A DNA stretch of 59,988 nt from Opitutia bacterium. GTDB lineage: Bacteria > Verrucomicrobiota > Verrucomicrobiia > Opitutales > T3Sed10-336. Shown piece after piece: positions 1-8,974 of this stretch. Below the pieces are notes generated by a model. It did not search any database. It was not told the DNA's origin and worked only from the letters and a program-made list of their open reading frames with translations. Numbering within the stretch: position 1 is the stretch's first letter; the number at the start of each line of letters is the position of its first letter. The DNA is taken from positions 1 through 59,988 of the forward strand of contig JBJHCF010000032.1 of assembly GCA_050506795.1 (NCBI GenBank), in the 5' to 3' direction. The position numbers were made by a program, and so were the translations under genes.

Positions 1-1
1 G

Positions 2-1564
2 GTTTGGTTCGTTTCGGCCTTCCCGCAGCACCAACTCCTGCGCGGCGTAGAACCAATCGACCAACAGGTTCTGTTCGCCCATACCGTTCATCGACCACAC
101 CACTCCCATCAATACAGCCTGGTCTCGCCCTCCCAGTCGGCTGAGTGGAAACCGTCGTAGAGCCTCATCCACAATACTCGCCGCTTCAGCGGAATCGCCT
201 TCATGAACCAACTCCGCCGCGGCAGCGGCCCACCATGGGGTCACGACGCCATTCCTGTCCACATCCCGCCGCTCCCGCTCCTCGCACGCGAGCAAACGCG
301 GCGCATCCTCCGGCCGAAGAAAATCGTTTGCACGAAACAGTATAAAATGGGCCATCTGACCGTAAAGACTCCTGCGCGCATTTTGCGGATCGTCAAACCA
401 CAAGGCGGGATCGTCACTCACGCGCTCCCGTTCCAGAAAACGCACCAACTTCTCGGCCCCGACCTCTTTCAAGCTCTTCACGATCGTCGCCTCGGGCAGC
501 ACCACCTCCAAATCCGTAAACGAACCCACATGCACAAACAACTGGACCCACGCTCTCTCGTTCGCCGGGAGCGCGTTCATCTCGGCGACGACCCGTTCGA
601 CGTCATCGTGGAAATCCGGCCGCAAGGGTGAAGTTCGCCTCGTGGCCCGGCTAATCTTAAACAGAAACCAGTCCGCCGAATGATCGCGGCCTCGAAATCG
701 TCCCCAATAGCGATCGAAGTCTTCGGTCGTTACCCGGTGCCTATAAGCATGGGGAGAAACTCCCCACAACGCGAGCATCGCTCGCGCCACCTCTCCCACC
801 GATTGTGGCGACTCCAATTCCCCCATCGGGCGAGGCCCTGGCTGGCTGGTAATGGCGTTGTGCAAGTCCGGGAAGGTGAGGGCTCCATCGTCAAGACGCG
901 ATGCGATCAGCGGCAGATCGCCCGGATTTTCACGTTGAAAGATCGCCCCCAGCACTAGCGTGCGCACCCTCGGGTCCGGATGTTCCAGTAAAGTCGGCAG
1001 CCCATCCCGGTCGCTCAACGCCTGCAAGCTCTCGCGCAACTCCAGTTGGCGCCGAGCCAACGCATCGCTTCCGCGGACCGACACGCCATCCACGACCCGG
1101 GAACGTAATTCGCGGTTATCAACGATCACGGTCCGGGAGAAATGAGCGTGATCTCGCGCCAATTCTTCGAACTCCGCCGCCTCCGGTCGCAGTGCTAAAC
1201 CAAAGGTTGGCCGGTCGATGTTTTCCATTAACGTCTCCACGGCATCGGCGGTCTTCTGACCCGAGCCGTCGCTGGGTTCCCGGTCGGTCCACGTCCCTCG
1301 GTCCGGAACCACTGACTCACGCCTCATCGATTCGGCTGTTCGTCCAATCGTCCCCTCCAGTAACGCGTGTTCGCCGTCGTGTTGTTCCTGATTCGCGGCT
1401 GCTTTTTCAACGAGTTCGTCGAGCACGGGAGAAGGGGAAATCATCACCGCTTGGCCATCGGCACCGGCGCACAGCAGTAACAATCCAATGGCGAACGCCT
1501 TCGCCGATACTACCGCCGCAACCAAGCACGATGCGAAAACGCCGGTAGAAATTCGTTCGTTCAT
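2..1564 (-). CDS. Hypothetical exported protein, >521 aa, partial (runs off the left edge); absent from the ORF track
   Basis: Manual translation from ATG at 1564 (GAGGAAG upstream) reads MNERISTGVFASCLVAAVVSAKAFAIGLLLLCAGADG..., with no stop to position 2. It has a hydrophobic N-terminus and a HEAT-like segment LLEHPDPRVRTLVLGAI. Confidence 0.8.
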   Translation of the reverse strand, partial: MNERISTGVFASCLVAAVVSAKAFAIGLLLLCAGADGQAVMISPSPVLDELVEKAAANQEQHDGEHALLEGTIGRTAESMRRESVVPDRGTWTDREPSDGSGQKTADAVETLMENIDRPTFGLALRPEAAEFEELARDHAHFSRTVIVDNRELRSRVVDGVSVRGSDALARRQLELRESLQALSDRDGLPTLLEHPDPRVRTLVLGAIFQRENPGDLPLIASRLDDGALTFPDLHNAITSQPGPRPMGELESPQSVGEVARAMLALWGVSPHAYRHRVTTEDFDRYWGRFRGRDHSADWFLFKISRATRRTSPLRPDFHDDVERVVAEMNALPANERAWVQLFVHVGSFTDLEVVLPEATIVKSLKEVGAEKLVRFLERERVSDDPALWFDDPQNARRSLYGQMAHFILFRANDFLRPEDAPRLLACEERERRDVDRNGVVTPWWAAAAAELVHEGDSAEAASIVDEALRRFPLSRLGGRDQAVLMGVVWSMNGMGEQNLLVDWFYAAQELVLREGRNEPN

Positions 1565-1616
1565 GTCATTCTTCCTCACGTGAGTTTGGTATCTTACTCG
1601 ATTTCAGTCGAGATCA

Positions 1617-1654
1617 TGTCAGTCGATTGTCACCAGTTTGTCAGGATTATGTCA
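1617..1654. promoter_or_regulatory. Four TGTCA direct repeats at exact 11-bp period (OmpR/PhoB-type tandem site candidate)
   Basis: TGTCA at 1617, 1628, 1639 and 1650, in a divergent intergenic region. Confidence 0.5.
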
Positions 1655-1671
1655 GGTCAGGGCATTCTTTT

Positions 1672-1709
1672 AACCACCCGCTTCGCTCAAGAACACAAAG
1701 GACACAAAG
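1672..1709 (+). repeat. Periodic junction element, single arm
   Basis: AACCAC...CAAGAACACAAAGGACACAAAG with 9-bp units, preceded by GGCATTCTTTT. Confidence 0.5.
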
Positions 1710-1800
1710 ATGAGAAAGGGAGTTCGAAAAAACCGGGAACTTCCGTAGAAATATAAAAATCTATGTTGCAGCGCCTCGAATTTATGTAAATTCATGGACT

Positions 1801-2931
1801 GTGATCCACCGGACTATCGAAGAATCGGTCAAATCCGCCCTGCTCGTCCCCCGGCGAAAGGTGGTCTGTTTGTTGGGTGCGCGGCAGGTGGGCAAGACGA
1901 CGCTGCTGCGAGCGCTATTCGATCGGCTGGAAGGCCGGAAGGAGTTTCTGAATGCGGACTTCGCCGACGACCGAGCTCTGCTGCGGCCGGAACGCGCGGC
2001 GCTTCAGCGCCTCGCGGGACACCTGGACTATCTGTTTGTCGATGAAGCCCAGAATATTCCCGACGCGGGCCGTGTATTGAAGCTCCTTCATGACACCTTT
2101 CCAAAGTTGCGCCTGGCGGCCAGTGGCTCGGCGGCATTCGATCTCCGCCGGCGAACCGGAGAGCCGCTCACCGGACGGCAAATCGTCTTCGAAATGTTTC
2201 CGGTCTCCTTCGCGGAGCTAAATCCCAAAGCCACCACCGTTCGTCAATGGATGGAGCACGGGATGATTTACGGCGGCTACCCGGAAGTCGTGGCAACCAA
2301 CGAGCCAAAGGAGAAGGAAAAGCTGCTGCGGCAACTGGTATCTGATTACCTGTTGAAAGACATCTTCGCCCAGGTTGAAGTGAATCGCGACCGTCTTCAC
2401 GATCTTCTTCGATTGGTGGCATTTCAAATCGGATCGGAGGTCTCGCTCAACGAGTTGGCAGGCTCCACGCGTATGGATGTGAAAACCGTGGACCGCTACC
2501 TCGGGCTCTTGGAACAGGCCTATGTGATTCGGCGCATCGGCGGCTTCAGCCGCAACCTCCGCAAGGAGATCGCAAAGTCGAAAAAGATCTATTTCCTCGA
2601 CCTCGGCATCCGCAACGCGCTGATCAACGCGTTCAACCCGCCGCCCCTGCGCGACGACATGGGACGGCTTTGGGAAAACTACCTGATCGTTGAGCGGCAC
2701 AAACGTTTGACCTATGCAGGCGAGACGTTCGGAGCATGGTTCTGGCGCACCTACGACCGGCAGGAAATCGACTACATTGAAGAGCGCGGAGGAAAACTCG
2801 CGGCCTTCGAATTTAAATGGGGCGACACAAAAAAAAACGCTCACCTGCCGAAGCTGTGGACCAAGACCTATCCCGACTCCGAAACCCAGGTAATCACCCC
2901 TGAAAAAGCTTCCGAGTTCTTGCTGGATTGA
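1801..2931 (+). CDS. AAA+ ATPase, AAA_14 + DUF4143 type
   Basis: Walker A GARQVGKT, Walker B LFVDEAQ, YGGYPE, KKIYFLDLG, C-terminal YDRQEIDYI...FEFK nuclease-like motif. Confidence 0.9.
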   Translation: MIHRTIEESVKSALLVPRRKVVCLLGARQVGKTTLLRALFDRLEGRKEFLNADFADDRALLRPERAALQRLAGHLDYLFVDEAQNIPDAGRVLKLLHDTFPKLRLAASGSAAFDLRRRTGEPLTGRQIVFEMFPVSFAELNPKATTVRQWMEHGMIYGGYPEVVATNEPKEKEKLLRQLVSDYLLKDIFAQVEVNRDRLHDLLRLVAFQIGSEVSLNELAGSTRMDVKTVDRYLGLLEQAYVIRRIGGFSRNLRKEIAKSKKIYFLDLGIRNALINAFNPPPLRDDMGRLWENYLIVERHKRLTYAGETFGAWFWRTYDRQEIDYIEERGGKLAAFEFKWGDTKKNAHLPKLWTKTYPDSETQVITPEKASEFLLD

Positions 2932-3031
2932 GTTGTCGCACTTCGTCTGCTGTCGAAAATGCCCTGCGCTTTCGCGGAACCGGCGGCCTTTTGTCGCTTT
3001 TCCGATTTGGAGCCCTCTACCGCCCTCGCCT

Positions 3032-3213
3032 TCATTCCTTGGGATAGGCGATAGACCTGGTCTTCACACCCCGCTGAAATCCGGCTTTCTCGTAGAAGTG
3101 GAGTGTCTCATCGCTCTTGCTGCGGAAGCCTGACTGTCGCAGTCCAAAAACCTGACGTTCAACCACCTGGCGCACCTCGAATGCCATCCGGATCGCGCTG
3201 TAATCCTTGAGGC
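3032..3213 (-). pseudogene. Mosaic GNAT remnant (N-terminal piece of one GNAT joined to the C-terminal piece of another)
   Basis: SLKDYSAIRMAFEVRQV matches the 5' part of the GNAT at 5885 and is followed by SKSDETLHFYEKAGF (GNAT motif B-like). There is no start codon of its own. Confidence 0.6.
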
Positions 3214-3214
3214 T
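3165..3214. repeat. 50-bp direct repeat, copy 1 (copy 2 at 5803-5852)
   Basis: 47/50 identical by manual alignment. Confidence 0.9.
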
Positions 3215-4341
3215 CAGAGCTTCTCGATTCGGCGCATCATTGCGGGACGGCGGGCGTAGCGCTCGCGGAATGCGGCGAGCCGCGCCTGGAACTCGGCTCT
3301 TTCGCCGCCTTGTTCGTGGGCGTCGCGGAGTTCCCGCAGTTCGGCGGCTGCACGGTCGTAAGCCGAAGCGATCTTCTCTTCCATGAGAGAATCGAGGCCG
3401 GCCCAAATCGTGTCGGCGCGCTCCAGGACGGACTCGAGATGCCGTCGGCGTTCCTCAGCCTTGCGTTTTGATTCTTCCGCCGCCGCTTTGGCCTCCTGTT
3501 TGATGCGCGCCTCCCGAACCTCGAGGGTTCTGGCGGCAAAATCGGCGCGGGAAATAGCCTGGCCGGCTGGTGTGTTCGCGGGCGGACAGGTCAACCGGTT
3601 CAACTCGGCCGTGACCCTCGACCCATCGCCATCGGCCACACGCCGAAGCAATGCCCGCAGTTCGGAAATGGGGAGTCCGGCGATCGCATCGTCCATCGGA
3701 ATGCGGTTCGGCTCGGCGGCTTGAGATAATCGAGCAGCCACGGTGAGCGCGTCGTGATCGACCGGAAACTGTTCGATCAGGGCGTCCAGGGAGGGACTCA
3801 GGCGATCGAGCCCTGCCGGGATTGGCGGCATGGGCGTGCGGCCGTCCCCGGGGTCCCCCCACTCGTCCGGATCGAAATCGGCCAGCCATCCAAGGAACAG
3901 TGCCCGGAGATCGCCGCGGATGAGCTCCTCGCGAATTCCGATGAGTTCGTCGATGAGGCCCTTGCCTTCCGTCCAGCCCCATCCACCTTCCTCGTTACGT
4001 TGCCACCAGACGATAAGCCGGTTGCCAAACTCATTGACAGACAACGTCGGGTCGTATTGGTCACCTTCTTGAAGGTACGATTGAACGGCCTCCCGCGTCA
4101 AATACCCTTCGGGAAAGGCCACCCCGAGGCGGGTTGTTCCCCAGTTCGCGATGTAGAAATGCGCATCGTAATGCTTCAACAACGTGTTCACGCTCCCGTG
4201 GAAATCGCCGAAGTTATATACGTTCCGCCAACGCCGGGCCGACACTTCCGCCCGGCTGGAACAGCCCTGGGCGTAGCGCAAGCCCTCCTCGGAGATCGGT
4301 CCGTCAACGGCGACGAATTCATAATATTGGTATTCACTCAT
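3214..4341 (-). CDS. Conserved hypothetical protein (MSEYQYYEF... family)
   Basis: 375-aa ORF with GGAGAG RBS before ATG 4341; YIANWGT motif; helical C-terminus. Confidence 0.8.
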   Translation of the reverse strand: MSEYQYYEFVAVDGPISEEGLRYAQGCSSRAEVSARRWRNVYNFGDFHGSVNTLLKHYDAHFYIANWGTTRLGVAFPEGYLTREAVQSYLQEGDQYDPTLSVNEFGNRLIVWWQRNEEGGWGWTEGKGLIDELIGIREELIRGDLRALFLGWLADFDPDEWGDPGDGRTPMPPIPAGLDRLSPSLDALIEQFPVDHDALTVAARLSQAAEPNRIPMDDAIAGLPISELRALLRRVADGDGSRVTAELNRLTCPPANTPAGQAISRADFAARTLEVREARIKQEAKAAAEESKRKAEERRRHLESVLERADTIWAGLDSLMEEKIASAYDRAAAELRELRDAHEQGGERAEFQARLAAFRERYARRPAMMRRIEKL

Positions 4342-4428
4342 GGCCAACTCTCCCATCCATCGGTTCGTCCCTCCATGGCCTTTCCGCCTGCACCTCGGGG
4401 ATGAGGAAACACGCGCCCGGGTTGTCCG

Positions 4429-5358
4429 TCATCCTCCGCAACACCGTTTGTACTTCTTTCCGCTGCCGCACGGGCAAGGATCGTTCCGGCCGGTCTTCGG
4501 CTTCGAGATCGCCGGCGCCGCTTCATCAGTTGCCAATCCAGCAGTATTCCCGGCGAGCGCTTTACGAAGGTACAAGGACTGAAGTAACCGGTGACGAAGT
4601 CGCACTTCGTTTTTGAACCGCGGATATTCGGTTTTCAAAGCATTGAAAAGCGTCTTATGGTCGGGGCTCCCGGGCTCGCCGGGCTCCTGGGGCTCGATCC
4701 TTCCCGAACCATGGTCGTATAAAAGAGCGGGTGGATCGGTAATGCGACCGGTCCGCACCCGGCCACTTTCGGTCAACCGAAGGAAGTTCAGCGCGACCTG
4801 CGCGCAGTCGCACCCTCGCCGAACGCAGTACTGCTCGTCAACGGCCCACACTTCTCCCATGAGCCGAAAGCGTACGGCGAGACCGAACGAAAACACTTCT
4901 GTAAACGAAACCATCCGACCGCCGCTTGCGTCGGGCAACTCTTCGATGCCGATCTCATCCGGCGGCGTTGTCATGACGAGGTGCAGCTTTTCCGCCAAGA
5001 ACCAATCCTGGAGATCCGCGGCGGCCTCCTCTCCGAATGCGCCGTCGAGGGCGCCGGCGAGCCTGGCGGCCACCGGGTCGGCGGCGAGCTCGGTAGTGCG
5101 TTCGGTCTTTCCCTTCGCCATATCGAACCAGAAGGAAACCGGAGCCTCCCCGTCCCTCTTACCGCCCCGAAACTCAAACAATAGATTCCGGCAGCCACAG
5201 CGCGGATTTGCGCAAACGGCGGGCATCGCTTCGTAGCTTCCGCTTCGCCGCCCGCCGGCGGCATCGGCGAGTCCGATACGGACGCGCGGCCAATCGGCGC
5301 GCCCACGTTCTGTGGCTGGGACCCACGTTAAAACGGGCTTGAGCTGGGATTGCGTCAT
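4429..5358 (-). CDS. SEC-C metal-binding domain protein
   Basis: C-terminal GRNDPCPCGSGKKYKRCC; two internal CxxxxCxC motifs. Confidence 0.85.
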   Translation of the reverse strand: MTQSQLKPVLTWVPATERGRADWPRVRIGLADAAGGRRSGSYEAMPAVCANPRCGCRNLLFEFRGGKRDGEAPVSFWFDMAKGKTERTTELAADPVAARLAGALDGAFGEEAAADLQDWFLAEKLHLVMTTPPDEIGIEELPDASGGRMVSFTEVFSFGLAVRFRLMGEVWAVDEQYCVRRGCDCAQVALNFLRLTESGRVRTGRITDPPALLYDHGSGRIEPQEPGEPGSPDHKTLFNALKTEYPRFKNEVRLRHRLLQSLYLRKALAGNTAGLATDEAAPAISKPKTGRNDPCPCGSGKKYKRCCGG

Positions 5359-5489
5359 ACGCTCGGTAACCTGCGGGTTTTTCCGAAAAAAGCGACCGCT
5401 TTCAGTTCCCGGTCGCTCATCGACCGTCGCTGTACCATAGGCCGGGCTCCGGGCACCGTCTCGAAAAGAAGCAATTCGAGATTTTTTCC

Positions 5490-5885
5490 CGCAGCCCGGA
5501 ACAAGGCCGAGCCAACGCCTTTACCCCGGACCTCCTCAGCCACGCGGATATCCCAGAGTAGTGCCAAATCCGTCCGACCTTCCAGGAAATCAAGTTCGGA
5601 CGCGTTCCTGACGACGACCGCTCCACCGACGCGACCGCCATCCAGGCATGCAGCAAAGAAACCCCAGTTCGACAGGTCGAAACGTTGCGGCAAGGAAACC
5701 GGGTTTTCGACCGCGTCGTAATCCTTCACATAAGGGACATCGACATCGCGCGTCGGAAGTTAAGTTTCACATGTTCCTTCCGCCAATGACGCGACGTCAA
5801 TTACCTGGCGCACCTCGAACGCCATTCGGATCGTGCTGTAATCCTTGAGGCTTGCCTCCGTTTCCTCACGAATCTCGAGCTTCAT
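5490..5885 (-). pseudogene. GNAT acetyltransferase pseudogene
   Basis: ATG 5885 MKLEIREETEASLKDY..., in-frame TAA at 5760-5762, then VKDYDA...LWDIRVAEEVRGKGVGSALFRAA. GNAT-like sequence stops after motif A. Confidence 0.75.
5803..5852. repeat. 50-bp direct repeat, copy 2
   Basis: Matches 3165-3214 at 47/50. Confidence 0.9.
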
Positions 5886-6041
5886 CCTCCCGGATCTCCG
5901 TCCTTCACCATCCTCGGATTCTTCGGATCATTCTCCGGCGAGCCCGGATCGAGCTTGTATCCCAGCTTCGGGTAGAACGAAACGGCGTCCAAAGAAACGT
6001 TGGCGATGAACCGGTCGCACCCGCGCTTTTGAGCGAAACTC
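5882..6041 (-). pseudogene. GNAT C-terminal fragment
   Basis: FAQKRGCDRFIANVSLDAVSFYPKLGY (motif B-like). The N-terminus is missing and the fragment abuts the element at 6042. Its stop overlaps the next ATG (ATGA). Confidence 0.65.
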
Positions 6042-6069
6042 TTCACCACAGAGATTACAGAGAACATAG
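6042..6069 (+). repeat. Periodic junction element, single arm
   Basis: TTCACCACAGAGATTACAGAGAACATAG with 9-bp units. Confidence 0.6.
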
Positions 6070-6207
6070 TGCGGACGGAAGGGTCGAGTTCGCTTTCCAG
6101 CGATTTTCGACGACCTACATGCCATAACTCGGATCCGCGTCACGATTGGGCGGGCGAGAAACGGATTCCGGGAATCGCTGCAATTTCTTCCAATCTTATT
6201 CATTTCC

Positions 6208-6513
6208 TTAGAGATCCTTCTCAAACAGAGTCACCTCGTAATCCTTCTCCCGGACATTTGCCCGCTCACAGAATTCGAGATTCCTGTAGAAGCGTCGCAG
6301 CTTCGCATTTCCCGCCCAACAATCGAGCCGCAGAGACGACAAATGGTTTTTCTTCGCCCAGATTTCCGCCTCAGCGACAACTCTTTCTCCCAAACCTGTT
6401 CCGGCAAAAGCTCGTCCCACGACCAGCCACGATAGGTACGCGGCCGAGCCCTCAAAGTTAGCCCACACATCGGGCATATTTGATGAAAGGACACAGCCGG
6501 CAGCTTCGCCTCG
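6208..6513 (-). pseudogene. N-terminally truncated GNAT acetyltransferase
   Basis: YLSWLVVGRAFAGTGLGERV...LRLDCWAGNAKLRRFYRNLEF. The frame is closed by TAG shortly upstream. Confidence 0.7.
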
Positions 6514-6559
6514 CTACAGTCCTGAAAAGCGGAAACCTGTTGCAAATGAGTCAAGTTTT

Positions 6560-6588
6560 TTCACCGCAGAGATTGGAAGGTCACAAAG
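6560..6588 (+). repeat. Periodic junction element, degenerate arm
   Basis: TTCACCGCAGAGATT matches 6042-6056 at 14/15. Confidence 0.5.
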
Positions 6589-6625
6589 GATTAGATGCCA
6601 TAGGTTGTTGGCATTCCCTTTTATA

Positions 6626-6715
6626 AACCACTGATGCACGCTGATGGACACTGACATTGAGAACCTCGTAGAGAAGTTCTGTTCGATCAGTGTTCATCAG
6701 TGTCTATCAGTGGTT
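6626..6715. repeat. Inverted pair of 29-bp arms built from 10-bp units, 32-bp loop
   Basis: AACCACTGATGCACGCTGATGGACACTGA / TCAGTGTTCATCAGTGTCTATCAGTGGTT, 25/29 complementary. Confidence 0.85.
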
Positions 6716-6805
6716 CAATTCCTTCCTGCCCAACAAGCCAATAAACATAGGTGAATTCTGTTGAAGCGTCTGTTGTTTCCCGCGTGGTCATAAAAATGGT
6801 TAGGG

Positions 6806-7129
6806 TTACTGGCGATCGTGCTCAACGCTGAAAAGCCACCAGCGCATGGTGCGGTCTTTCCCGCGCGCCTGCCTTTCGAAGTAGATCCTGGCTCGACCGT
6901 GGGAGGCGGTTTTGACTTCGAACCAGTGTTTTCTGGCATATTGCTCCCGACCGCCGTGAGGACAGGGGCCGGTCTCGCGCCAGGAATCGAGAACAGCGAC
7001 CACATCCAGCATCTCCCCACGCCAGACGAAAGCCGATGGCAACCCCGGACCGCCGGCCGCCATTAGCGTCGTATCGGCTGTCGAAGCAACGGGTTCGATC
7101 GCTTCAGATATAAAGATCTTGTCAGTCAT
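6806..7129 (-). CDS. Small conserved protein, DUF6504-like
   Basis: PSAFVWRG...VLDSWRE...RKHWFEV...IYFER pattern. Confidence 0.7.
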   Translation of the reverse strand: MTDKIFISEAIEPVASTADTTLMAAGGPGLPSAFVWRGEMLDVVAVLDSWRETGPCPHGGREQYARKHWFEVKTASHGRARIYFERQARGKDRTMRWWLFSVEHDRQ

Positions 7130-7147
7130 CACAAAAACCTGCTTTCA

Positions 7148-7249
7148 AACCACCAATCACCTCTAATTTTACTGATTCTGAAGTCAGGGGATCATCGAAC
7201 CAGCGCGGGGATGGCTTTGCTTCTTCAACCACTGATGAACACTGATGGA
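7148..7249 (+). repeat. Two more periodic arms (7148-7177, 7227-7249)
   Basis: AACCACCAATCACCTCTAATTTTACTGATT; AACCACTGATGAACACTGATGGA is nearly identical to the arm at 6626. Confidence 0.65.
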
Positions 7250-7516
7250 TTCATTCTCACAGGGCTTTCACTCATTCAATTGTTTCCAATCTGCGGTCAC
7301 TCAACCACGTGTTGCGTCCAAAGGCACTCTCCTTCCCCCAGCGGCTCTCCCCGGCGGACATTGCGGTTCGTAGAATTCCCGGTACGGTCGTAGAGGTCCC
7401 ACAGCTCGTGTTTCGAGTCATTCATTGTCGCGCGTGTTAGCCTCAAATATTGACTTGATCGCGTCGGTTCGCTGGAGACAATTGATATACTCGATCTTCG
7501 GTAACTCCATAAAATA

Positions 7517-8605
7517 ATGAACGTCTATAAATCCTTCGTCCGACCGATCCTGTTTCAGTGCGACCCGGAAAGAGTTCACGGCCTGACGATTTCCTTCGCG
7601 GAAAAGATGGGGAGGGTCGGGCTGCCGACACGCGGCGGCGTTTCGGCGGAGAGTTTGCGGACTACGGTTGCCGAATGCGAGGTCGCGAGTCCGATTGGAC
7701 TGGCGGCGGGTTTCGATAAGAACGGCCGAGCAATCCCGTTCCTCTCCCGCCTGGGCTTTGGCTTCACCGAGGTGGGCTCCGTTTCGGCAATGCCATCGCA
7801 GGGAAACCCCCGGCCCCGTTTATTTCGAGCTCCGGACGACCAAGCGGTCATCGTCAACTACGGTGTTCCGAATGAAGGCGCCCGGGCCGTGGCGGCTCGT
7901 TTCTCGACGACAAAAAGCCGGGGAGAAGTGCCGCTGGGACTAAACATCGTTGCAACCAACACCGGGAAGACTCGCACGGCGGAGGATTTATTGGAGGATT
8001 TCCTTTCCTCCGTTTCAACACTCGCTCCGGTCGCCAGCTATCTGAACATTAACGTCAGTTGTCCCAACAGCGACGCCGAGGGAGACTTCTTCAGCAATCG
8101 GGAAAACCTTCGCGCGCTGGTTCGCGGGATTCAGGAACGGGCCGGGACGACACCCGTGTTCCTGAAGGTGCCCGCCTGTGAAGATCCGGCGACGATCGAT
8201 TTGGTGCTCGAAGAGGTCAGCGGAATCGATTGCATCGCGGGGTTTATGTTCAATCTACTGCCGGGCAAACCGTGCCCCCTGACCCTGCCGCCGGAGAAAC
8301 TGGAGCGGTTGCCGGGAGCGGTGTCGGGAAAACCCTGCGCTGAGTACATCAATCGCGCGATCGCGGCATGGTATCCCCGCATCGATCGGCGACGGCACCA
8401 GATCGTCGCTGCCGGCGGGATCTTCTCGGCTGCCGACGTTATGACCAAGATTCGGCTGGGCGCATCGGCGGTGCAGCTTTACACGGCCCTCATTTACGAA
8501 GGGCCGGGACTGGTTCGACGGCTGAACGCCGAGTTGGAACGTTCGCTCGAAGACACGGGCTGCCGCTCCGTCGCGGAGGCCGTGGGCACTGGACCCGTTC
8601 AATAA
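7517..8605 (+). CDS. pyrD: Dihydroorotate dehydrogenase (quinone), class 2-like
   Basis: DPERVH N-terminal helix, IGLAAGFDKNG, GNPRPRLFR, NVSCPN, GASAVQLYTALIYEGP. Confidence 0.9.
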   Translation: MNVYKSFVRPILFQCDPERVHGLTISFAEKMGRVGLPTRGGVSAESLRTTVAECEVASPIGLAAGFDKNGRAIPFLSRLGFGFTEVGSVSAMPSQGNPRPRLFRAPDDQAVIVNYGVPNEGARAVAARFSTTKSRGEVPLGLNIVATNTGKTRTAEDLLEDFLSSVSTLAPVASYLNINVSCPNSDAEGDFFSNRENLRALVRGIQERAGTTPVFLKVPACEDPATIDLVLEEVSGIDCIAGFMFNLLPGKPCPLTLPPEKLERLPGAVSGKPCAEYINRAIAAWYPRIDRRRHQIVAAGGIFSAADVMTKIRLGASAVQLYTALIYEGPGLVRRLNAELERSLEDTGCRSVAEAVGTGPVQ

Positions 8606-8696
8606 ACCCATCCGGGTCCGACCGCAGCGCCTCCAGGCGAATCTCGGCGAATAGCCGGTGGTCGACCGGTGTCAGATATCGAATTTCAAGGTCCAT
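8606..8696 (-). pseudogene. GNAT N-terminal fragment
   Basis: MDLEIRYLTPVDHRLFAEIRLEALRSDPDGF is a typical GNAT N-terminus and is cut at the pyrD 3' end. Confidence 0.6.
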
Positions 8697-8723
8697 CGAA
8701 ACGGGTCCGGCCCCGCGGTTGGG

Positions 8724-8753
8724 TTGACAAAATCACAATGACAGTCTTAAAGT
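8724..8753 (+). promoter_or_regulatory. Sigma70-type promoter of TA pair 1
   Basis: TTGACA-N18-TAAAGT, with ATG 5 nt downstream. Confidence 0.65.
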
Positions 8754-8758
8754 ATGAC

Positions 8759-8974
8759 ATGAACACAATGCGAGAATTTTCACGCCGTATCTCCCATTTC
8801 AAAAAACTGGCTGAATCTGGCAAAACCGTCGAACTGGTGGATCGGCAGGGAAGGCATTTTACTTTCGCTGCTCGTAAGCCGTCTTCCCATATGGGCGCCG
8901 GAAAACATCTGGCCACGAGGACCCCGCTCACTCCGGAGCGAACCCCGGAGGACGAGTGGCAAGGGAATGAATGA
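8759..8974 (+). CDS. Antitoxin, Phd/YefM-like
   Basis: 71 aa, MREFSRRISHFKKLAESGKTVEL; overlaps the PIN gene (ATGA). Confidence 0.75.
   Translation: MNTMREFSRRISHFKKLAESGKTVELVDRQGRHFTFAARKPSSHMGAGKHLATRTPLTPERTPEDEWQGNE

Noticed and set aside
145..1548. Plus-strand ORFs in the first 1.5 kb
   Set aside because: They are antisense shadows of the long minus-strand ORF starting at 1564
6626..7249. CRISPR array
   Set aside because: Units are 10 bp and inverted or dispersed, with no regular repeat-spacer structure and no cas genes
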